A stretch of 62,318 nt of DNA, filler included, from Circinaria calcarea (taxonomy: Eukaryota): assembly GCA_051942165.1 (NCBI GenBank). It is 28 parts of 28 records of this genome, joined end to end, with 100 filler letters (N's around TTAATTAATTAA, not from the genome) between each part and the next. Parts side by side here need not be neighbours in the genome. Positions count along the whole stretch, not along the records: positions 33,528 to 35,654 come from JAVECS010003853.1; positions 35,755 to 37,880 come from JAVECS010003854.1; positions 37,981 to 40,105 come from JAVECS010003855.1; positions 40,206 to 42,329 come from JAVECS010003856.1; positions 42,430 to 44,553 come from JAVECS010003857.1; positions 44,654 to 46,776 come from JAVECS010003858.1; 22 more parts are not named here. One strand, given 5' to 3'. Under the pieces are notes generated by a model. It made no database searches. It was not told where the DNA came from and saw only the letters and a program-made list of their open reading frames with translations. A program made the translations under genes and the position numbers. Shown here piece after piece: positions 34,009-45,792 of the stretch (the stretch's first letter is position 1; every line of letters starts with the position of its first letter).

Positions 34009-34374
34009 TGTTATGGCGCCAACGCCATCACATGAGCTAGGCCCTGGAAGGATAGTCCCGGAGCGGCGGAACCCGCGACCGGTGCTCAGTATGCTCAGTG
34101 TGCTTGGCACAGGTGAGCAGGGTGAGCAGGGGGTTCTGCTCATGGTGTTTAGCATGCTTATGGGGAATGAGCAGGGTGAGCAGGGTGAGCAGACCTATTA
34201 TATAAATAAGTTATTCCCGCTCTTTAGAATAGCATGCTTATAAACCGTGTTCAATGTTACTCATTAATATTGAGCCTAGGGCAACAGTTCAACTACACCC
34301 TATGTAACCGTGCTATTACCAATCGGGACTTATCATATTCCTCAATAGGCCCCAAGGATTGCAGCGCCCTTACA
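34009..34374 (+). mobile_element. Putative solo LTR (~366 bp)
   Basis: Starts TGTTA and ends TTACA; internal TATATAAATA; a second partial copy lies upstream. No matching TSD, so the left boundary is uncertain. Confidence 0.5.
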
Positions 34375-34984
34375 GGGTTCTCGGGTAGAGCTCGTACAGG
34401 ATATACCGGACGACCCCCCCCCGGAAAGATTGGCGACCCCCCTGAGACCCGGGGGCCGGGGGCCGAACGAAACGCTTTATCACCAAATCCAAAATGCTTT
34501 CAAAGGCATTGTCAGGCCCTACGGTTAGGGGGTGGCGATACCTCGTTTAGTTGGCGTCTTGGCGTATAGTGAAAACCTTTCACTCGCACACTTCTTCCTC
34601 TGTAATGATTAATTCTCGCATATACTGCGTATAGCCATCGCATTACTCGTGCCTCACATTACCACATACCTTAGCTTTAGATACTTTGCAAGTAAAGTAT
34701 TCTACGGCCTTACACCCCCCCGGTGCTAAACGAAGACCCCCCCTGAGACCCGGGGCCCCGGCAATCTCGTCTTTTTTCTAGACGATACTATCAGCTCCTG
34801 AAAAAATACTTTAGCAGCGAGCTGATAGGAAAAATGGTACCGGTAGCTCTCTGGTGATTGCTGCTGACTCGCCAGCTGCGAGTGCTTTATCCAACGCTTG
34901 CTGTTTTTCGCGAGTCAACTTGGTGCCTGCGATCGAGCCGAGCTTCTTCGGCTTCCGCGCCGGCGGCGGAGTCTCCACCACGTG

Positions 34985-35372
34985 CAGCGCCGCCAGTAGT
35001 CTGGCAGTCTGGACTGCAGTCCACCTACTAAATATTAGTGGAAATTAGGTACAGGGAAAGTAGTAGGGAATTTTCGGAATCTTAATTTTCCGGCGAATTT
35101 AAACTCTAGACTAATCTTAATTAGGTTATTTTTGACGTCATATCGCGTAATTTATTGAAACACCACACTAAAAAACTCGTGATAATAAAATATTAGTATT
35201 AGCGCTATAAATATTCCCGAGCTTTTAAATATAAACAATTTCTACCACATATTTCCTTTATTAATTTTATTTTATATGTCTTGGCAGTCCGGACTGTACT
35301 GATAGTCCAGACCGCAGTCCAGACCGGCAGTCCAGAGGCTGGACTGGACTGTTTGGACTACTGGCGGCGCTG
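34985..35372. mobile_element. hAT-type MITE, 388 bp
   Basis: Perfect 17-bp TIRs CAGCGCCGCCAGTAGTC (34985-35001) and GACTACTGGCGGCGCTG (35356-35372). 8-bp TSD ACCACGTG (34977-84) / ACCATGTG (35373-80). AT-rich core with subterminal CAGTCC/GGACTG repeats. Confidence 0.88.
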
Positions 35373-35754
35373 ACCATGTGTCTGCAGCGCCCATTTCTGA
35401 AAGGCCTGGAGCGTTCCGGCTGATTGCAGCACGTCGTGGCCGGAATGGTGGTCGATGTAGGCCTGTCCGAATTGCGGGAATAGATCGTGGGGACTGGGGG
35501 ACGAGTAGTAACTATGAATCTGTCTCCCACCTCTTATAGACCCGATGAAGTGCTCCACGTTATCAAGAAGAGGAGGAAGGATAAATATCTACCACTTTCA
35601 CACTTTTCTTCAGCATCTAAGCCATGAGCTTCCCCGACTATACTTGTTAAGCCTNNNNNNNNNNNNNNNNNNNNNNNNNNNNNNNNNNNNNNNNNNNNTT
35701 AATTAATTAANNNNNNNNNNNNNNNNNNNNNNNNNNNNNNNNNNNNNNNNNNNN

Positions 35755-36509
35755 AATACTCCTTTTCAAACGTCTTTTGTATGGGTTTCGCAGCCTACAT
35801 TGTATTAGCGTGGAAGATCCCCAACAGCAAACGTGACCAAGCGGCTCACGTCGATGAACTTCTCGAGATCCTTATCCAGGTTGGCCAGGTCCTCCTTCCG
35901 CTTTGTATTGTCGGCAATGAGACTCTGCTTCTTCTTCAGCAAGCCCTGCCGCTCATGTTCCAGCTTTTCTCGTTCGGCGTGCTCGTGGTTGATGCGCGCA
36001 ATCATGAGGTTTTTTTCGTCATCATTTGCATGTTCCGGAAACTGTTGTAGGAATTCTTCCACAGGGATGAGAGGAAGCTGCTGGTACTTGTGACTTGGGT
36101 TCGTGAAAGTCAGCAGAGTTCTCGGGATGACTCGAGCTATGGGTGGAACTTACTCGTAAGATTCGCATGCTATAATCTCCCCCCGGAGATGTCTTTGCTC
36201 GTAGTAAAGGTTCTGCAGCTGAAGGTGTAGTCGGTCGATCTCTTGCCGCGCCTCGGCAGTAAGTTGTTTCGCTTCCCTGACGGCGAGGATAGCATTCCGG
36301 TTGGAACCTCGCAGCTGGGCGAGATAAGAGTACAGAAGCTTCTGTTGCTTTGACAAGCTCAGCTGGGTATCTTGAGGCAGTGTGGCGGAAGCAGAGATGG
36401 CCTTGGTTTCAGCCAGGTCCAAGAGGTTGATGCATTGTTGACGTGTCTGGTTTGAAATTTCCAGGACAGATTGGAGGAATGGATCGGTAACGATTTCTTC
36501 GACGGTCAT
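35755..36509 (-). CDS. THOC5: THO complex subunit 5 / Fms-interacting protein-like (stop codon cut by contig end)
   Basis: AKQLTAEARQEIDRLHLQLQNLYYEQRHLRGEIIACESY | HKYQQLPLIPVEEFL..LMIARINHEHAEREKLE..FID | AAKPIQKTFEKEY. Confidence 0.88.
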
Positions 36510-36988
36510 GGTCGTTTGTGAAGAGTGCAGTATCAATATTCAGACACCCGAGAGGGAGCTTTCTTCACATGCAAAGATTACCATTCGGCCCGAGTCTCCC
36601 CGGCTTGCACGCTTTCGGAATGACGGTTTTCAGGGTCCAGATCCAAGAATACTCAATACTTGTTGAAATGGTTGGGCTTAGGTCTGTGCGCCATCTTCAT
36701 TTCAACAGTTGGTACCTTTACAATTGCCCCACGTGTTGCTGGTGTTGGCTCAAAGAGTTTACGCGAACGGGCAGTACCATGTCTTTGTACGAATTGCAGT
36801 GTGGATAGGCAAATCAGATTCACCAGTCTCATCCATTCAGAGCAGAGGGCCCATACTGTTACTAGCACTTTTTTGTACACATCATTCCGCCACCGACGCA
36901 CCAGCATTCAAGAAGTTAGATTCTACTTTTTAGTATTGATTTAGTAGTCCTACTTATGCGGCGACTACCTCCATCACCCTTAATCCTC

Positions 36989-37880
36989 ATGGCTTGCACT
37001 TCGCCCTCTGTGACTCTTGAGGCCTCTCAGGAGCCATCCACGGCCAGCAGTACTGGTGCGTCGGCAGAAGGGCGACATCAGAGTCATGGGCGACGGCATA
37101 CATCGTATCGGTCAATGCGGCGGCATTCAAGTGAGTTGGATGCTGAGGCCGTGTTTCGAAAGGTATTTGGGAAATAATCCCCTTTATGAGGAGGAAAGCT
37201 CATGTGTGCCAAAGGTTGATAAGTTCCTTACGGAGCTCGAAAGGCGTCTGGACTGGCTGGAGAATTACGGAAACCTGCAACTTGACGCTGGTATTCACCG
37301 AGCATATTCTACGCTGGAGACCGTACGAGAGTCCTGCTCGCACGTATCAGAGGAACTGATCGACGCTGGCCGAAAGCGCGCAAAGGTATTGGTTGACGTA
37401 CTGGAGGTTCGATACAACGAAGTCTTGGCCACACGGGAAACGCTTGAATCAAAGGCCAATGCGGGTATACGCTTGATGGAAGGTTTCCTGTCTGATCTGG
37501 AGGCACGGGCTCACGCAGTTCGAGATGCAGGTTTCTCGGGTGTGATGGACGAGGGCTGGCGAAGGGCAGAAGAAGGGCTGAGAAGCGCAAAAGGAGTGGT
37601 GGATGAGGGATTAGAAAAAGCCCGGCGAGCCAAAGATACGCTGAAGGATAGCGTCGATTATGCGGTGAAGAGAGCGCAAGAGCATGGACTCATCGGGTAT
37701 GATGACCTACCACATCCATGGCGCGTGAACCCCCATATCATGAGAGGCTACCGGTTTTCTGAATCTAAGGTGGACTGTTTGCGCTCGGCTTTCAGCATCT
37801 CCAACGAATTGGTCAACATCTGGTCGCACGCCATCGGCCTCATTGTGATCCTTATTATAGCATTCTATTTCTATCCGACC
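36989..37880 (+). CDS. PAQR / haemolysin-III family membrane protein (Izh3-like), 5' part
   Basis: Intron 37163-37214; VDKFLTELERRLDWLE; YDDLPHPWRVNPHIMRGYRF..SNELVNIWSH (PAQR N-terminal motif). Confidence 0.9.
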
Positions 37881-37980
37881 NNNNNNNNNNNNNNNNNNNN
37901 NNNNNNNNNNNNNNNNNNNNNNNNTTAATTAATTAANNNNNNNNNNNNNNNNNNNNNNNNNNNNNNNNNNNNNNNNNNNN

Positions 37981-38961
37981 TGGACAGCAGCGACGAGTTC
38001 ATGGCTATCCGTAAGTGATGTTTCGGAGCCTATGGCCGGTCATTTGATTGCTAATCGAGAAACAGACTCAGAAACAGCCAAAGGAATGATGCCCGGTTAC
38101 CATATTGGATCTCTCGATGAAGCGTCAAAGCTGGTCTTGAGTGAAGGCGAGGTAGAGCCGGAGAAATCTAATGAAGTGCGCAATACCTTCCTTCAATCAC
38201 GCACTTGGACGAAGGCAATTCTCGAATCCAAGAAGATTGTATCCTGGGATACTCGCATTTTCACTTTCAAGCTCGAGCATGAAAACCAGACGCTTGGTCT
38301 GCCAGTGGGTAAGCACCTCATGATCCGGCTGCGGGACCCAGTCACCAATGAAGCCATCATCCGTTCATACACACCGATTTCGGATACTTCTATGAAGGGG
38401 CGCATGGAGGTACTAGTCAAGGTCTACTTTGATACTCCGCAAGTCAAAGGTGGTCAAATGACCAAGGCGATGGAGGCTCTTCCGCTCGGTGCTGAAGTGG
38501 ACTTCAAGGGCCCCATTGGAAAATTTGAATACCTGGGCAAAGGGCTGTGTTCCATCAACGAGAACCGCCGGAGCGTCAAACGCTTTGTTATGATTTGCGG
38601 TGGCAGCGGCATTACTCCGATCTTCCAGGTTTTCCGGGCTGTCATGCGCGATCCTAACGACAAAACCAAGTGCACTGTCCTCAACGGCAACCGGTTGATA
38701 GAGGACATACTCTGCAAGGAAGATCTAGACGATCTGCTGAAGGGCAATGAGAAACGAGGGGAGGTGTTGTACACACTCACGAAAGCACCCGACACCTGGG
38801 ATGGTCTAAGGGGAAGGATCAATGGTGAGTTGGTGCAGAAGCATTGCCAGCGGGATGAGGGTACGATGATCTTGATCTGTGGGCCGGATGCGTTGGAGAA
38901 GAGCATGCATGTGGCATTGAGGGATCAGGGCTGGAGAGACGAGCAGTTGCTGTTCTTCTAA
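37981..38961 (+). CDS. niaD: Assimilatory nitrate reductase, C-terminal part (end of cytochrome b5 + FAD/NAD(P)H domains)
   Basis: EFMAIH, intron 38011-38065, SETAKGMMPGYHIG; LGLPVGKHLMIR, IRSYTPIS, KGPIGKFEYLG, MICGGSGITPIFQV, LICGP..LLFF*. Confidence 0.95.
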   Translation, partial: WTAATSSWLSVSDVSEPMAGHLIANRETDSETAKGMMPGYHIGSLDEASKLVLSEGEVEPEKSNEVRNTFLQSRTWTKAILESKKIVSWDTRIFTFKLEHENQTLGLPVGKHLMIRLRDPVTNEAIIRSYTPISDTSMKGRMEVLVKVYFDTPQVKGGQMTKAMEALPLGAEVDFKGPIGKFEYLGKGLCSINENRRSVKRFVMICGGSGITPIFQVFRAVMRDPNDKTKCTVLNGNRLIEDILCKEDLDDLLKGNEKRGEVLYTLTKAPDTWDGLRGRINGELVQKHCQRDEGTMILICGPDALEKSMHVALRDQGWRDEQLLFF

Positions 38962-39261
38962 TGACTCCACGTAAGGGCAACGGAGTCACTTGGTTTGCAT
39001 TTGGTTGGGCGTATACAGCATATTACGGGAGTCTTACGAGCATCATAGTTGGCGTTCTGATCTACCCGTTTCAAACCCGGGGCCGTTTTCTACGTCATTT
39101 CCATGATGATTCTTAGTGTAGACCAAGGGATTTAGCAGACCACCGATGCTGCGGAGATGCCTTATTCAAGGCCATGAAGAGAAATAAATATATACGCAGG
39201 ATTGGATTGGATAAGATCTAAGCTGTAAAAGGGGTAGCGCGGATACATTCTCCGTCTGCCC

Positions 39262-39450
39262 TGATAACGACGTCTCTTATCGAGCACGACCTCTCTTATC
39301 GCTGCACAAATGTGTCGTCTTATGATGCCGCGGGAAAGTCCTGAGAGATAAAAAGCAAAAGGCCGAGGAAGCCATTGGGGGAAACATTATGCGGGTGATC
39401 TGGAGAGATCCCCGCGGCGATGCGTGGTGGGCATGGTCCAAACCGCGGAG
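39262..39450. promoter_or_regulatory. niiA promoter: AreA-type GATA cluster and NirA-type site
   Basis: HGATAR matches at 39262 (TGATAA), 39277 and 39296 (TTATCG, minus strand) and 39346 (AGATAA). CCGCGGAG at 39443-39450 reads CTCCGCGG on the minus strand, matching the NirA consensus CTCCGHGG. Confidence 0.7.
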
Positions 39451-39782
39451 CTGGGGACCCGGGTGGCTTCTACCTGCTCCTTGTACGACCCCAGCTGGCC
39501 ATTCGTGGGATCCTGAGCCACCACTTGTTAGCTCCAATATGCATTCTTTCCTCATGGTCTTCTGTCTTCCACCTTGTTCTTCCCTAAAGCCTCAGTCTTG
39601 CTTTCCCCTTGTTTTTCCTTGACTCAGGTTCAGGTGTGATATTGGTGGACTGGCTAGAAGGGTTGGTATTCTGCCTATATACGTTTGCCCGATTGAGCCT
39701 CACGAGCCTCACGCTCCACGGCATTGGACCTTTATTCCAGACCTTTCTGGCAATTAGGCTTCGACCCTCGACATACATCAGG

Positions 39783-40105
39783 ATGTCGTGGGCCAACTCG
39801 TCCCCTGGCATGCAGGCTGGCAGGACGCCGGTCAATGGCCATGACCCCGAAGAAGAGGGATCGCAGTATCCAAAACCACCATCGCAGCGGAAGAAAGTTG
39901 TGGTTGTGGGACTCGGCATGGTGGGGATTGCCTTTATGTAAGTCAGCCTTAGCAATCTCCTTAGAGCCGGCATTCTATTTATTCAGGAAGGACGTCATTG
40001 ACGAGAGATATAGAGAGAAGCTCCTAAAAATGGACGCCAAGAGGCGAGAGTACGACATCGTGGTGATTGGGGAAGAGTCGCACTTGGCGTACAACCGCGT
40101 GGGCC
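39783..40105 (+). CDS. niiA: Assimilatory NAD(P)H nitrite reductase, 5' part
   Basis: [17 protein letters not shown], intron 39938-40013, then [30 protein letters not shown]; start could alternatively be 39810. Confidence 0.93.
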
Positions 40106-40205
40106 NNNNNNNNNNNNNNNNNNNNNNNNNNNNNNNNNNNNNNNNNNNNTTAATTAATTAANNNNNNNNNNNNNNNNNNNNNNNNNNNNNNNNNNNNNNN
40201 NNNNN

Positions 40206-40706
40206 GGTGTTTCCTTTCTTAATGGCGTCGGTAATGTCGGCTTCGGCGCCTTTCTACAGTTGCCTCAACTCGTGATGTCGATCAACCAAGTATCGAACAC
40301 AGATGACCAATGCAAGCCGCTAAGAAGCAATACTCTTTCTGAAAACGATGTTGTCGACTCCCTAAATCTTACCCACATCGTGCCACAAGCCGAGTATGGC
40401 GCCGGAATTATTGCTCAAGGTACATTAGGAGTTGGGGGTTTCGATGCTTTCAAGGGCCAGATATCCTATTTGCCATTGGCCACTACCTTCACTGCGCCCA
40501 CGGCTTGTCTGGCCTTTGATAAGAGGGGTAAGAGCTACGTGCCGGCAACGGCGACTGCCAGCGTAACGGCGAGTGGCCTTGTCGCGCAAAATGATGCAGC
40601 GAAAAGGATCGGGAGCGCTTTTACAAGACAGGGCAGGAATACATTCAGCAAATATCTTGTACTCATAGGACTACCCGCCGTGATTGGTTGGTTGTTGGGG
40701 ATTTGA
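40206..40706 (+). CDS. C-terminus of a probable GPI-anchored cell-surface protein
   Basis: Frame open from the contig start; PTACLAFD, Ala/Thr/Ser-rich stalk and hydrophobic C-terminal tail YLVLIGLPAVIGWLLGI*. Confidence 0.65.
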   Translation, partial: GVSFLNGVGNVGFGAFLQLPQLVMSINQVSNTDDQCKPLRSNTLSENDVVDSLNLTHIVPQAEYGAGIIAQGTLGVGGFDAFKGQISYLPLATTFTAPTACLAFDKRGKSYVPATATASVTASGLVAQNDAAKRIGSAFTRQGRNTFSKYLVLIGLPAVIGWLLGI

Positions 40707-40945
40707 GTAAGTTGGCTATTTACTCCCCATATGTAAAATGATCATATAATCTGGATACACTGTCCGATCCGGGAGTCCCACTCTGTGGCAAGGGGGGGGT
40801 TTTGAGTTAAGGCTGTGGGGCAAGATGTTCAACTCGTGACTAGCGCCCACTCTTTCTCTCTTGTACATAGCCTAAACCAGCTTTGCTCTTGTCTTTCCAT
40901 AGACCTGAAACTTTCTTATAAAGTGTATCATTCGGACACTCCAAT

Positions 40946-41612
40946 ATGTCGAAAAATTCTCTCCCCGCATATACCGAAAAGGGTAATTCATCCGCCTTAT
41001 TACCGTTGTATGGTGGCAGCATGTCACCTACTTCACAGCAGAGTGGTCATCGGATAAAACAATTTGAGCCTTCAATTGCTGACATCCAGGGGGTGTTTGG
41101 CGAAGCATACTACGAAGACCAAGACGTTTCGGGACCTATTTGTTGCGAGGTAAAGCAGTTCCACTTTCGTCTCTACCCTACTCTGCAAACCACCCTTGGA
41201 TTAGTACTAACAATCTTAACTCTAGATCACCTTGAAGAAGCTACTGTCTTTGCGCCTCAAATTGGGTCTCTATCACTCTGCGGAGGCCATCCTGTTTCTG
41301 GGTACCATCGTGCCTTTTTTCGCTCTCTCGATGCACGGGGGACAGCCCTTTTGGGGAAAGGCTAGTCTCCTCCGAGACTTCCTTGTATGCCACTTGGTAT
41401 CATTGATCATGACAATGGCACGTGGCGACATCATTTTCAAAGACGACTTGGAGGTAGCCTTCCTCCCTCTTTTGATCCCGCTTCAACGCAGTCGATATCG
41501 AGTCGAAAGCGCCCATTCAAATCTCCGGGGGAGGTGTGGGGGCTTAGCCTGGGTTCTAGTCCTATCCGCTATTGCGGCAGCCATCATTCATATCCCAGAC
41601 TCGGATGCTTGA
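40946..41612 (+). CDS. Hypothetical membrane protein, 2 exons
   Basis: Intron 41150-41225 (GTAAAG..ACTAAC..TAG) joins two ORFs in frame; N-terminal LPAY/LPLY motifs; 2-3 hydrophobic segments. Confidence 0.55.
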
Positions 41613-41903
41613 AGTTCACACTCGAAATTCCGCGAGAATATATGTTCTCTCGACAAGTGGCATAGGAGATAAGCAGAATAGTATAGTTGCTGGTTGCTGC
41701 CGGTGTGAATAAGCTGTGCACATGGAGAATCCTTGCGTTGTACAACATCATGCAAGGACGATCCTGTCCCACCGTGCTGCTCCGAGGGGTAAAATCTCAT
41801 TCTGCTCATTGTGCTCATTTCTACATACTCAAGGTGCCAAACCCGCATCTATTTCCTTCGTATTCGACAGTGTGAAATTTGTCCTCAAGCTTATGTTGTA
41901 GAT

Positions 41904-42329
41904 ATGGGTCAGTACTGGAAAATCATTAATGCCGAGAAACGCCAGTATCTCCATTGCTGTCGCGGCAAGTTGAAAGTAGTACTACATTACAGAGATATCA
42001 GCCGATTGATCAAATTGCTAGCAATCCCATATCAACCACAGACTTCAAAGGCCGGCCAGGCCGCTATTATTCAGTATGAAAGGGGCCGGTAAGCATCTCT
42101 TTCTCCCTTGCTCCTATCTAGCAATGGGGACACTTACGGCTGATGTGATTTAAAGTAGCAAGAAGTCACACCTTACAGATCTGCCACCAGAACTGGCCAA
42201 CATGATAGTTTCTTTGGTTGAAAACGGAGTTGATCTAATATGTCTTGGTCTAACTTGCCAGTTTTTCTGGGCGTTGCTCCGTAACCGTGTCAAAGAAATC
42301 CTCGTCGAAGATATGGCACCATGGGCTGG
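41904..42329 (+). CDS. Fungal F-box-like protein, 5' part
   Basis: MGQYWKIINAEKRQYL..GKL, intron, then LTDLPPELANMIVSLV..DLICLGLTCQFFW..MAPWA. Confidence 0.7.
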
Positions 42330-42429
42330 NNNNNNNNNNNNNNNNNNNNNNNNNNNNNNNNNNNNNNNNNNNNTTAATTAATTAANNNNNNNNNNNNNNN
42401 NNNNNNNNNNNNNNNNNNNNNNNNNNNNN

Positions 42430-44553
42430 AGCTGCAACATGAAGCGGAGTGCCGAGCTCTGGCGCGTAAGCATTTGGATCAGCCCCTTTGGACAGGAGAT
42501 ACTTTGCGAGTTCTTGATGGTCCGCAGATATAGCCTTGGTGAGTGGCGTGTAACCAGCCTTGTTAGAGGCCGAGATGTCGGCACCGGCGGTATAAAGCAG
42601 TTTGACGACGGAAATAGGGGTTGTCCAGGAGACGTGATGCAAAACTGTATTCCCTGCATCATCAGCCTGGGTCAGTTCCGGCCGGAATTCCAATAGCGTT
42701 TGGATCACTTCCTCAACCTTGCCTTCCGTATCCAGGCAAAACTCCAGCGGAAAGCTTCCATCTCGTGTCTTGTGATTTGGATTGGCGCCAGCCTCGAGAA
42801 GCAGCCTCATGATCTCGACGCTGCCCTTGGAACAAGCTATGCAAAGCGCCGTCATGCCATCCTCATAGGAAGGCACTTCTTCTCCTGCCTTGGTTTGAAT
42901 CTCCAGATTGGGCTTTGGATCGTGTTCAAGAAGCAATCTTAGAACCTGGGGGTAATTATGCTTAGCAGCGAGATAAAGCACCGTACCGGCATTACAAAGC
43001 TGGTCGATTTCAGCACCTCTCTCCAGTAAAATACGTACGGTATCCAGGTTATCGTACGCTGCGTGGAGTGGACACCATCCTGACTCTGGGAGCGGCTTGT
43101 TGATGTTAGCCTTGCTTTCAAGCAGCAGATTAACCATGTCAGGATCGCCGCCGAAACTCGCCACGAAAAGGGGGAGCTGGGAACCCTTTCCGCAGTGGTT
43201 AACGTCTGCTCCTCTCTTGAGAAGAAGCTCCACCAACTCCTTGTTGCCAGTGCCAACAGCGCGTGAAAGCGCCGTATTTCGCCACTCATCGCTGCTGTCT
43301 TCTTCCTCGATCCGCGCACCCATGTCGAGGAAAAGCGTGACAAGATCTATGTTCTCGGCTTCCACGACCATCAAGAGGATCAGGTCAAACCCTGGCGGGT
43401 TCTCATTCGGATCCGCTCCATTTTCTAGCAGCAGATGACAAATCTTGATGTGCTCCTTTGCAGCCGCATGATATAGCGCGGTTCGGTTGCCAAAGACAGC
43501 CTTGACATCGGCGCCGTACTTAAGTAGAAGCCGTACACATTCGGTGTATCCCATCATGGCGGCATGCACGAGAGGTTTAGCTTCCCAAGATTGAGTATTA
43601 TCATCATCGGAGCCGTGGCTCATATCTGCGCCGGCTTCAAGGAGTACCTCAAGTGCTTTCAGCTTGGCACCCGTCGTCGCCAGCTGCAATGGTGTGAGAG
43701 GAGTAGCAAGTAGTCCGGTGGTCTCAGCTTCTCGTTCAGCGCCAGCCTCCAGCAACCGCTTAACAATTTCGGGGTTGCCTCTTGCCGCGGCAAGGTGTAG
43801 GGGAGCATAGCCATACTCTACCCTGCTATTCACGTCGCATTTTGCCCGAATTAAAACTTTAACCACAGCATTATGCCTTGCGTCTACGGCGAGATGAAGC
43901 GGCGAGTTATTATACAAGCCGTCAGAAGGATTCACTTCGACGCCGCACTTAACCAGAGCCTTTGCAGTCTTCGCGAGACCCAGCCATGCAGCCCGACTTA
44001 GGACGCCGGACGGCCACCGAAAACCCTCTGCCTTCGACGCATATTCAACGAGACCGTCGAGTGCTCCCCCTTCGCCAAACGAAGCTGCCGCGGAGATAGC
44101 ATCCCTTAGAGCCTCATGTGTCGGACTGCACGTCTGAAGTAACAATTGCACTGTCGTAGCGTGTCCATGCCGCGCTGCCTCTACGATTGCGAAGCCGCAG
44201 TCGGTCTTAAATGTTGTCCTGGACCTAACCTGAGTGATCTGGTCGTCAACCAGATCATCCAAGCCACTCATTGAAATGACGGGAAGAGGCGACATGTAGC
44301 TCTTATGTATCCGAGTGACTGGGTTGGAGAGAACATAATGCGCTCGGGCCCAAGTATTTCTTGAGTCTGGATCTTGAAAGAACTTGACAGCTTCTCTCAC
44401 TGGTCGCTTTGAGCCAGCCACTTTGTAGTGTGAGGGCCAGTATCTGACCGCGTACGATATCAAATTTCGGCGCGGCGGAGATATCAGGGTTTGGTCCAGC
44501 TGGGTGTGACAATCACAGAATGCCTTGACTTGCTCCTGGACGCTCGGAAAGCT
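42430..44553 (-). CDS. Long ankyrin-repeat protein, internal fragment (probable NACHT-ANK NLR-like)
   Basis: LISYAVRYWPSHY (a post-NACHT helical motif) followed by more than 15 ankyrin repeats (SPLHLAV, APLHLAAARG, TPLQLA, TALYHAA, TALSRAV, TPLTKAI, TPLHVAA); open across the whole contig. Confidence 0.9.
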
Positions 44554-44653
44554 NNNNNNNNNNNNNNNNNNNNNNNNNNNNNNNNNNNNNNNNNNNNTTA
44601 ATTAATTAANNNNNNNNNNNNNNNNNNNNNNNNNNNNNNNNNNNNNNNNNNNN

Positions 44654-44776
44654 AATCCCGCAGTTTGTACTGATACCTGCACCGGTAACAATGACAATTT
44701 TCTTTGCTGCTGCCAAGAGGTCTGCAATCTCTTGCAGTTGACGTGGAGTGTTCAGCCCCACATTTGTAATCGACAT
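44654..44776 (-). CDS. HST3: Sirtuin Hst3/Hst4-type, N-terminus
   Basis: MSITNVG..LQEIADLLAAAKKIVIVTGAGISTNCGI (sirtuin GAGIS motif); truncated; not in the ORF track. Confidence 0.75.
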
Positions 44777-45792
44777 CGTAAAGATATAGTCAAACTTGAC
44801 TGGGTTTGCTGATCAAAAGGCCATGGATGACAGAAGAATCGTATGAGAGTCTGAGTTTCTTGAGCTCAGTATCTGTATGACTTTGACAAGACGTCGACTG
44901 CTGCAGATATACACTGCAAAGACCAAACTGGATGGAAGAATTGATCATTGGCTTATTGGGTTGAATGACGTTTCACAACAGACACTGTGTGGCAATGATC
45001 GGTGAATGAAGGTACCTATAGAGACGCAGTCAAAAGGCACCGCGACGGGGGTTACGCGATTTCTCGCGCGACTAATTGAAGCCCTACCGGGCTAGCGGCT
45101 CTATAGCTTGAATGCACGGACCTGTGTAAATATGCTTATGTCCTCCAATCCTCCCACCTCGCGGCAGCAACGCTAGCAATTCCGACCCTACCCCATACAC
45201 CCCATCCCAGCCAGTTCCACCTTTCCGATTGACTTAAAAACCGTTTCCCCCTTATTTTTTTCCCCACCAGTAAAAGCAAAACACTATGGTATATATTCGA
45301 TGAGAGCCTTGGAAAAACAACAACAACAACAAACGAGCCGAGGTCTATCTGTTTAGGGCTGGATGGGCATGAATAAATGGCTTTCGAGACCCCCGAATCT
45401 TTTTGCCAAAAGCCCGGCCCGCTGTTGTATAGTTTGGCTCCTTTTTGTTCTTTTGTTTTTTTTTTGGAGGAGGGGGATAGAACTCCCCCCCGAGTCCGGA
45501 GTGCAGGATGGCAATCTGGTCTGTTTGTGTTAACCTGTTGAGGTTTCTCATTTGCCCATCGTCGAAACTCGATATAAAGAATATGTATTGAAAAAATTTA
45601 TATATCCAAAGTTGTTTATACATCGAAGAGCGGTTGTTGTAAAGAGGCCGCCTGCATTAAACTAATTGAAGTTTTTCTTTTCCGTCGTTGAACCTCGATG
45701 CCAACATATATATCGAAAAATCCCCCCTTTTTTCTAGATGTTGCAATATTTCAACCGACCACCTGAACCGCTCCTCCCAAAAGGGAACTCCT

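Noticed and set aside
17919..44776. Two sirtuins plus an NLR-like gene as a defence-type system
   Set aside because: On separate contigs; HST2 and HST3 are ordinary housekeeping deacetylases
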